From a virus (taxonomy: Duplodnaviria; Caudoviricetes), in IMG/VR virus record IMGVR_UViG_3300027533_000085, positions 1 to 25,663 of that record: a stretch of 25,663 nt of DNA; one strand, written 5' to 3'. The position numbers were made by a program, and so were the translations under genes. Below, piece by piece: positions 8,294 through 14,994 of this stretch (its first letter is position 1; every line of letters starts with the position of its first letter). Below the pieces are notes generated by a model. The model worked only from the letters and a program-made list of their open reading frames with translations, did no database searches and had not been told where the DNA came from.

Positions 8294-8579
8294 TTGCGAC
8301 CTCGTTTTCCTTCGATTCAACCACCTGACGGACCATGTGCAAATCAGACATTCCAAGCCCGAAATTTGTGCCATGGCGAGTAACCAACGCGAGCGCAAAT
8401 GCTCGCCACGCTCGCCAAACGCGATCGCCAGCCGACCGTTCTAGCACGTCTGTTTCAACGTCCACATGGACATGCGCAGTCCCTTCACATCGAACATGCA
8501 AACCTGCGTCTCGGAACTTTTCCGCCATCGATTGGACCAACGTCGGCCCGACATAAACTCTCAGATGCCATCGGAACAT
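8286..8579 (-). CDS. Hypothetical protein
   Basis: ORF track 8286..8597. ATG at 8579 follows AGGGGAA. Confidence 0.65.
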   Translation of the reverse strand: MFRWHLRVYVGPTLVQSMAEKFRDAGLHVRCEGTAHVHVDVETDVLERSAGDRVWRAWRAFALALVTRHGTNFGLGMSDLHMVRQVVESKENEVANA

Positions 8580-8584
8580 TGTTT

Positions 8585-8670
8585 TTCCCCTATTCAAATT
8601 TGCGACATGATCGCATTTGGAACGAGCCCATCACACTAGGGCTCGTTCCCTTGCTATCTCGCCACCTATC
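8585..8670 (-). promoter_or_regulatory. Structured intergenic element, copy B
   Basis: Perfect 11-bp stem GGAACGAGCCC/GGGCTCGTTCC (8619-8649), plus a TGCGA-N5-TCGCA hairpin; same layout as 6393-6510. Confidence 0.55.
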
Positions 8671-8681
8671 GCCGCCCCACG

Positions 8682-9389
8682 CTATGAGAGCACAACAAAC
8701 GGGCTCGCGATCGCCTTTTTCGCAGGCCCCTTTGCGCGCAGGCCGACCACGCATCCAACCGGATCTAGAAACCTTGCGTCATGCTCGTCTCCGTCAATAA
8801 CCGGATAGCCATTCCACATCGCAGGCAATGGCGAGCCTTTCTTGACCATGAAGACGACCGAAACATTGACGCCATGCTTCAAACAATCCATAGCGTCTTG
8901 AAAATTCTCGCCAGAGTACGAAAACGTGATGTGATAATTGGCTCGCCTGCGCAACCATGGGCGTTCAATTTTCGTATAGTCATAAAATTGCAAGTCTGGA
9001 TTCTCTTTAGCTAATTGCATTGCGACATCAGGCCGATCGGAAGTTCCGTTGAATCGCACGGCAGGCCTGCGCTTGTTTCGCTTGGCTCGCCTGCGCAAGG
9101 ATTTAATATCCCGTCTCGCCTGCGTCATGAATCCGTCTCTATCCTCAAAGAACCATTTGGTCTTAGCGATTCGCGCTACCTGCGTGCTATTGAAAGCACC
9201 ACGGCCTGCTTTGTTAAGACAGAATTTTGTGCAACCAACAGTGCGCCTAACGCACATCTCATATCCCGATGAATCCGCAGGCGCAAGGTAGCAAATGCCT
9301 GTTTCGATACCCAATGGCTCGCCTTTGATCGTCTTTGCGTCGCCAGCGAAGCGCAGAACGGTCCGTCTCTTTAATGGAGGTTTTCCCAT
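8682..9389 (-). CDS. Phage gp88-like protein (radical-SAM-like Cys cluster)
   Basis: LAPA...C-x6-C-x3-C (CVRRTVGCTKFC) followed by GRG, RFNGTSD, FYDYTK, YHITFS, DGDEHDARFLD and VGLRAKG, a motif set typical of the GP88 family; AGGGGAA RBS. Confidence 0.8.
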   Translation of the reverse strand: MGKPPLKRRTVLRFAGDAKTIKGEPLGIETGICYLAPADSSGYEMCVRRTVGCTKFCLNKAGRGAFNSTQVARIAKTKWFFEDRDGFMTQARRDIKSLRRRAKRNKRRPAVRFNGTSDRPDVAMQLAKENPDLQFYDYTKIERPWLRRRANYHITFSYSGENFQDAMDCLKHGVNVSVVFMVKKGSPLPAMWNGYPVIDGDEHDARFLDPVGCVVGLRAKGPAKKAIASPFVVLS

Positions 9390-9478
9390 TTCATTCCCCT
9401 ATAGCCTGATTTTCATTTCGCAGTAGGCTATGCTGCGCGATGGGCTCGCCGATCGCCTGCGCAGGCGAGCCCATTTCA

Positions 9479-9772
9479 CTATCCTAGGGATTGCACGTCA
9501 TCCGATCGCATCGGGTAATGTTCCATGGCAATATCGCCATCGCGAAACATCGTTACAGATTCTCCGCTCGCCTTTGTTTTTGAATCGTCGGAAAGTTCGC
9601 AGTAGCAAGCGTAAACATATCCTGCTACGGTCGGATTCGATCCGGAATAAACGAGCCCGATGTTTCCGCAGTAGACTTCATACGTCGGGCTCGTTAGGTC
9701 AATTCGAGACGGAGCGAGCGATTCATACGGTCGGTCGGGCTCGCCTGCGCGATTAATTCGAACGTTTTTCAT
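9479..9772 (-). CDS. Hypothetical protein (first gene of the leftward operon)
   Basis: 97-aa ORF with an AAGGGGAAAG RBS, directly downstream of the promoter at 9816-9844. Confidence 0.7.
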   Translation of the reverse strand: MKNVRINRAGEPDRPYESLAPSRIDLTSPTYEVYCGNIGLVYSGSNPTVAGYVYACYCELSDDSKTKASGESVTMFRDGDIAMEHYPMRSDDVQSLG

Positions 9773-9815
9773 CTTCTTTCCCCTTTTTCCCTTAGGTCTT
9801 TATCTATCTGACATA

Positions 9816-9844
9816 ATCATAATGCGCCTTTACTTTGCAGTCTA
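9816..9844 (-). promoter_or_regulatory. Sigma70-like early promoter
   Basis: Minus strand reads TAGACT - 17 bp - TATGAT, with an overlapping alternative TTGTAG - 17 bp - CATTAT. Confidence 0.6.
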
Positions 9845-10068
9845 CAATACCCCCATTTGTGGGGGGTCTCAGTTAGACGCCCATCTAACTGTTATGGATA
9901 AGTAGTAATGTTTGCATAGACTTGCGGAGAACAGTTTGATGGTCATCTAAGTGTTGGTTCAAAATAAAATATAGGCGATGGCGATATTTTTTAAAGCAGG
10001 CGATCGCCGATGGGCTCGCAGGCCGACCGATCGCCTGCGTAATTGGAAGCTTAGTGTACAAATGACAC

Positions 10069-10100
10069 TTTGACTGGTAGCAAATTTGACTGGTAGCAAA
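10069..10100. repeat. Perfect 16-bp tandem repeat
   Basis: TTTGACTGGTAGCAAA occurs twice. Confidence 0.9.
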
Positions 10101-10748
10101 GGTTTGGCTATGGGCTCGCCTGCGATCGCCTGCGCGAGCATGAGAGGATAGCAGGCCTGCGCGAGCCCATCGGCGATGGGTCGGCCTGCGCATGGGTCGG
10201 CCTGCGCAATGGCGAGCCCGTCGGCCTGCGATCGCCTGCGCGAGCATGGTAGCAGGCGAGCATGACCTAAAGATTAGATGGGGGTAGAATCTGCAACACC
10301 ACGTCTCGTTATCTCTAAACAATACGCTAGTATGGAAACCCATAAAGGCGCAATTGTCGCAATTGTCCAATGCCGACAATGTCCAATTGCGCGAGCCCGG
10401 TAAATGGGCTCGCATGCTTCCATAGGCTATAAGATGCGACAATGGCGAGCCCGGGCTTGCATTTCTCGAGCCCAGCAACACGACCAACCCCCACCACCCC
10501 CTTTTTCCTGTGGGGCCCCCGCTCGTCGCGGGGGCGGATTGCTTAATTCCCCCCTATTCGACAAAGACCTAATCCCATTTCCCCGCCTAAACTTTAGGTT
10601 TCTAATTCCCGTTGGCAAAATTCCCCAGGGTCCACCCCCTTCTCGGCCGGCAATTCAGCCCCGGTTGTCTCCATTAAATGCCTTCTAAATGCCCCGGTTG
10701 CCCCAATTCAACCATTTTGGGTCATTTAAATCGCCTTGGAACCATTTT

Positions 10749-11105
10749 TGGGTCCAACTTTTGCCTCGGGTCCAACTTTGGGTCCAACTTCTCGATTCCC
10801 GCTAACCTATTGAAATAAAGGAGTGGGTCCAATGGGTCCAACTGGTCCCACTCTAATCTACTATTTCAAATCCAGAAGGGATGAAAAACTTACAAGAGTT
10901 CTAATATCGCGCACACGCATACGCGAAGATAGAGGGATGGAGGGGGAATAACACTAAAGATTAGGTGGAGATCTCCTGGAGAATCCCTGCAGGGGTCAAA
11001 AGTGGGTGGACCAGTTGGACCCATTGGACCCAGTCTTTGTTTTCTTGGGGATAGCGGGAATGACTAAGTTGGACCCAGGCTGGGGAGAAGTTGGACCTTG
11101 GACCC
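10749..11105. other. Probable replication origin with inverted iteron arrays
   Basis: GGGTCCAA-type iterons at 10750, 10768, 10780, 10825, 10834 and (variant) 10843; reversed TTGGACCC-type at 11006 (variant), 11015, 11024, 11069, 11091 (variant) and 11098. Inverted 70-bp arms at 10779-10848 and 11008-11077 (57/70 identical) around an A/T-richer core; next to the D5-like helicase gene. Confidence 0.75.
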
Positions 11106-11236
11106 AAGAGGCCCAAACGCCAAAACGCCGGCCGCTTTGTGGCTCAAATTGGTGGGGAAACCAATCTGGGAAGCGGCCGGCGCTGGTGGCGAACTCGGGG
11201 AACGAGTATCGGGACTCACGATCGGCAGATTGAAGT

Positions 11237-12985
11237 TTAGACGACTGGTGGCGGCAATGTCAAGAGGGGATCTTCACCGGGCTTTGGCGCCCCAGGGACA
11301 TCGGCAATGGCAACGTCTATGACGTAGTCTACGTCTACGCCGGCGCCATCGGCATCATCCTCATCGTCATCCACCTCCCTAGCCGCCTCATCGACCACCG
11401 CGGGGAGCAGATGGGGCCAGATAGCCCATCCTCGCGCCCTGGGAGCCTCTCTGGGCTCGTTGCTTGGCCTGGGGCGCACGATGACGAACGCCGCTGGCGC
11501 GTTCGCCTTGAGCCATTTGGTGAGGAATGCCATGGATTGTGGCGCCCGCCGGTTCTCCTTGCACCACTTGAGGTAGAAATCGTAGACCCAGACTTTGTCT
11601 TTGAACCAGGAGGCATGCCAGCCAGGATGGGTGACATGGGATTTCTGTGGTTGGGGCTCCTCGACCTCCAGATGCCGGCAGATCTGGGTGATCATGTCGT
11701 GGTGGACGTCGCGGAGCTGGCGGAATTCGGTGCTGGCGGAGGCGATGGAGGCGGGAGAGGAGAATTTACGGGCGAATTGGAGCTGGCGGAGGGCTTGGAC
11801 GCCGCGGATCAATGCTCCAGAACGGGATTGGGGCGTTAGGAGCCGCTCGAGGATGGAAGATTGGGCGCCGGCGGCGCGGGGGAGGGGGGAATGTGCGCCA
11901 TTTGCCCCGTTTTTGGCCCCATTTTGCGCGCCGCCGTCGGAAACGGGCTTGAAATTGGCCAAAAACGGGACAATCAGCAGGCGCCGGAAGAATCCATGGG
12001 TGACGTCCTTGGAATCGGGCAATTCGTTGCCGCTGAGGAGCAATCTGCAGAACGGTTTGAAGTCGAAAGCCTTCTCGCCTTTGTTTTCGGCGCGGATTCC
12101 ATCGCCACCCGTGATCTTTTTCAAGGGCGCAACCGACTTCCACCGGCCGATCTCCACGTCGGTGTCAACGTTCAGCAATTTTCCTTCAAGTCCAGCTGCC
12201 GCAAAGCGATTCTCGGAGATGTCGGGAACGGAAATTCTTGAAACGTTGCTGTTGCCAAGCAGCCCGCAGAGGGCTTCTATGAACGTCGACTTTCCATTGC
12301 TCCCTGAACCGCTAAGGAATGGAATTTCTTGAATATCCGGGTTTGGGACCAGACATGAGCCGATGATTTCGTAAGCAAATTGGACGGCATCGGCCGGGAA
12401 GAGCGAGAGGATGAAGTTGTCCCATTCGACCGTTGGGGCAGATGGATCCCATTGAATTGGCAGCTGGATGGTGGAGAGCCATCCAGGTGAATGGTCGAGC
12501 ATCATCAGGGATCGCAGGTCTAAAATTCCATTCTCGAGGTTGATCAGGTGGGAGGGGGGCGCCGGCCAGAGCATTGGCTGGCCGATCTGCAGGTAGGAAA
12601 CCAAACGGTTGGCTTGGTCAGGTCTCCACAATTCTGAGAGCCTGTGCTGGACCAGGAAGCTCTTGAACCAGCCGTGGATCCATTGGGCGGCTTTTGGGAC
12701 ATATCGCCCCTGCTCATAGCGGAAGAGCTGGTCGTCGGGGCCGATTGCGAAATGTTGCTCGCGAGCAAGAATCCCCGCGGCATGAGCAAAGATCGCATTC
12801 GCTTGCGACGGACCTTTGTCTTGTGTAGATCGCTTGGCCGGTTTTGTCTCAACCGCCTTCTCGACTGTCGGTTTTGCCTCAACCGCCGGTGTCGTCACGA
12901 CCACGGTCGTTACTTCTATTTCATCCACTGGTCTGATCGGTAATGCTGCCACCTTAGCTCCCGTTTCCCCTTGTTCCCCAATCAC
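11237..12985 (-). CDS. D5/P4-alpha-like SF3 helicase (phage/plasmid primase C-terminal family), no evident primase domain
   Basis: D5_N-like LINLENGILDL...HSP; Walker A GSGSNGKST; GKLLNV; LKKITGGDGIRAENKG; GNELP; GFFRRLLIVPF; probable C-terminal winged helix (VYDFYLKWCKEN). ORF track start is 13021; GTG at 12985 has an AGGAG RBS. Confidence 0.88.
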   Translation of the reverse strand: MIGEQGETGAKVAALPIRPVDEIEVTTVVVTTPAVEAKPTVEKAVETKPAKRSTQDKGPSQANAIFAHAAGILAREQHFAIGPDDQLFRYEQGRYVPKAAQWIHGWFKSFLVQHRLSELWRPDQANRLVSYLQIGQPMLWPAPPSHLINLENGILDLRSLMMLDHSPGWLSTIQLPIQWDPSAPTVEWDNFILSLFPADAVQFAYEIIGSCLVPNPDIQEIPFLSGSGSNGKSTFIEALCGLLGNSNVSRISVPDISENRFAAAGLEGKLLNVDTDVEIGRWKSVAPLKKITGGDGIRAENKGEKAFDFKPFCRLLLSGNELPDSKDVTHGFFRRLLIVPFLANFKPVSDGGAQNGAKNGANGAHSPLPRAAGAQSSILERLLTPQSRSGALIRGVQALRQLQFARKFSSPASIASASTEFRQLRDVHHDMITQICRHLEVEEPQPQKSHVTHPGWHASWFKDKVWVYDFYLKWCKENRRAPQSMAFLTKWLKANAPAAFVIVRPRPSNEPREAPRARGWAIWPHLLPAVVDEAAREVDDDEDDADGAGVDVDYVIDVAIADVPGAPKPGEDPLLTLPPPVV

Positions 12986-13058
12986 TTCTGCTCCTGTTGC
13001 CCTCTTCCCTTGAGGGAGCAATCATGATAGGCTAGCGGGCTAGAGGTTGTTGCGGCCG

Positions 13059-13076
13059 CTTGCCAGAACTGACATG
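13059..13076. promoter_or_regulatory. Putative operator, copy 3 (CTTGCCAGAACTGACATG)
   Basis: 16/18 identical to the copy at 3592; lies in the divergent gap between the helicase gene and the structural operon. Confidence 0.6.
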
Positions 13077-13183
13077 ATCGCAGACCTGATGATATGCCAT
13101 CTTGCGAAATCCAGCAAGCCTTTTTGCCGCTTTCCGTAAAATTGCCGACATGGTATCGTAACGCCAGAAGGGGAATGAAGTCT

Positions 13184-13912
13184 ATGAAGAATCGCTTGTT
13201 GCACTTTGGGACGCTCGGGGGATCGTTAGTCCTGGTCATCCTGGCCGGCGCCACAATAGGCTGGCGGGCCGCGGAGTGGATCTCCCTTCCAATCCCTGTT
13301 GTGCAAGCCCAGGAGTCGTTGCAGTATCTCCCCGACGGTCCATCCCGCTATGCCTACGACGACCGGTTCTTTTACGATGGGTCGTCGCAGCTGGAATATG
13401 AATGCATCGCCCCGTCTTCCGGAAACTACCTGACCGTATTTGGCCGGCCGGGAGCCACATCCCAACCAACCTTGCCTGGAGGGGGCGCCGCTCCAACCCT
13501 CACCTCCATTACCGTCACGTCCAATGTCGCGATCGCTATTGTCTCTGGCGGTCATGGGTTTGGGGATGGATCGGTTGGGCATGGTTTAGGAACATTAATT
13601 GCCGTGCGGGGGGCAACTGTCTCGCCGGCGCTCAACTCCGGGGCCAGCTCCTGCCCGGCGTCCACCGGATGCTACAGCATAAGCTCCATCATCTCCGCCG
13701 ACGCTTTCTCCTTTGCGACCGTAGGCGTTGCGAATGGTCCTTACACAGAGTCTAGCCTCTATATCTCCACCACCAGCGCCCGCGAAACGCTGGCGATTTG
13801 GAGCATTACGAAACACTGGACCGTCGCGGGGCTGTTTCGACGGAGAGCCCCGGCACAGCAGAATGTCGCGATGAACAAGGTCTGCGCGAACCGGGCGAGT
13901 TATTTCCAATAG
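13184..13912 (+). CDS. Exported virion-associated/tail-type protein with an FCCH-like beta domain
   Basis: ATG at 13184 after AGGGGA (ORF track start 13094). Leader MKNRLL...LVLVILAGATIG...VVQA|Q; central SITVTSNVAIAIVSGGHG...IAVRGAT..LN...YSI domain; 4 Cys. Confidence 0.7.
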   Translation: MKNRLLHFGTLGGSLVLVILAGATIGWRAAEWISLPIPVVQAQESLQYLPDGPSRYAYDDRFFYDGSSQLEYECIAPSSGNYLTVFGRPGATSQPTLPGGGAAPTLTSITVTSNVAIAIVSGGHGFGDGSVGHGLGTLIAVRGATVSPALNSGASSCPASTGCYSISSIISADAFSFATVGVANGPYTESSLYISTTSARETLAIWSITKHWTVAGLFRRRAPAQQNVAMNKVCANRASYFQ

Positions 13913-13963
13913 GGCTGGGCTAAAGCCCACCACCATCCCCATGATCCCCATGAAAAAGGACTT

Positions 13964-14986
13964 ATGAAAATCCTCAAGATCCTCCTAATCCCCCTAGCCA
14001 TGGGCATGGCTTTTGCCCAACAAAAAACAGTCGTCGAACCCGACTGCTCCTCTGACTTTGTCTTAGTGGCAGCAGGCTCCTCCCCCACCTTCGACAACAA
14101 GCGCATGGGCGCCTGCATGTATTGGGTGGTGCAATACGAAAACACACCATCCACTGGTGCATTTACTGCCCTGACGATGACCTTCCAATCGGCGCCGGCA
14201 ACGGGATCGCAAGGTCAGACGGCCGGCACCTGGATCACCTTCGCCGGGACCACTCGAGATGGCGCGAATCCAATGACCAGCACGACGTCTACTTATTCAA
14301 GCTTCGTCGGCTACAATCCATTTGTTCGCGTGACTCTAAGTGGAATCACCGGCACCGGCGGGGCGGTTATAGGAAAGATTAGGGGATGGCGCCGCGAATC
14401 TGCAGGCGCCTCGGCTGGTGGCGTAGCAGGCGTCTCTTCCATCAACGGCACGGCTTTGCAAATTGCAGCATCCGCATCAACCGGCGCGGTTGTCTTGAGT
14501 ATCCCCACAAACCCTACCCTGCCCGGGACGACGACCGGAACGTTCTCGGGCAACCTGACCGGCAACGTCACGGGCAACGTCACGGGCGCCGTGACTGGCA
14601 ATGCTTCAACGGCAACCGCGCTAGCCGCCAATCCAGCTGATTGCTCCGCCGGCGATGTCGCAATCACCATTGCCGCTTCTGGAGCATTGACCTGCACCCC
14701 GCAATATTTTTTTCAAGGGGCCGACACGGGCGGGGATGACACTTACGTTCTTGCCCCTACAAACTTCCCCGCAGCCTACGTCACCGGACTGATGGTCACG
14801 ATCCTGGTGACGACAGGAAACACCGGTGGGGCCACCCTGGATTGCGGCCCTGGTGCAAAAGCCATCAAGCTCCCCGACGGCACCACCGATCCCACGACCG
14901 GCGACATCCCCGCTTTGAGCCTTCAACGGTTTCGTTATGATTCCACGGCCAACGCCGCTGCCGGCGCCTGGATAATGTTTCTCTAA
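13964..14986 (+). CDS. Tail fibre-like protein with signal peptide
   Basis: MKILKILLIPLAMGMAFA|QQ; GNLT/GNVT repeats and GNASTATAL typical of fibre shafts; C-terminal DTGG..Y...NTG..TL..G.GAKAIK...GD module. Confidence 0.8.
   Translation: MKILKILLIPLAMGMAFAQQKTVVEPDCSSDFVLVAAGSSPTFDNKRMGACMYWVVQYENTPSTGAFTALTMTFQSAPATGSQGQTAGTWITFAGTTRDGANPMTSTTSTYSSFVGYNPFVRVTLSGITGTGGAVIGKIRGWRRESAGASAGGVAGVSSINGTALQIAASASTGAVVLSIPTNPTLPGTTTGTFSGNLTGNVTGNVTGAVTGNASTATALAANPADCSAGDVAITIAASGALTCTPQYFFQGADTGGDDTYVLAPTNFPAAYVTGLMVTILVTTGNTGGATLDCGPGAKAIKLPDGTTDPTTGDIPALSLQRFRYDSTANAAAGAWIMFL
14717..14986 (+). repeat. 89-aa fibre module, copy 1
   Basis: Gap-free alignment to 16600-16869, 56/89 aa identical. 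Confidence 0.9.
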
Positions 14987-14994
14987 GGAATGTA

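Larger units (their letters stand above)
8620..10475. repeat. Zone dense in short dispersed motifs (GCAGGC/GCCTGC, GGCTCG/CGAGCC, CGATCG, CCGACC/GGTCGG)
   Basis: By eye, about 25 GCAGGC/GCCTGC in 8720-10260 and about 20 GGCTCG/CGAGCC in 8620-10475, in both orientations; densest at 9995-10265. Confidence 0.85.

Noticed and set aside
122-9756. Many plus-strand ORFs over the early block, and minus-strand ORFs over 13.2-25.6 kb
   Set aside because: Antisense shadows of well-supported genes in GC-rich DNA, with no RBS or recognisable motifs.
9995-10265. Possible CRISPR or mini-array
   Set aside because: No constant-length repeat with unique spacers; the words overlap in mixed orientation, and no cas genes are present.
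9885-10487. 200-aa minus-strand ORF and other ORFs in 9885-11233
   Set aside because: No convincing RBS, the translations mirror the DNA motifs, and they lie upstream of the early promoter or across the origin. Probably non-coding.
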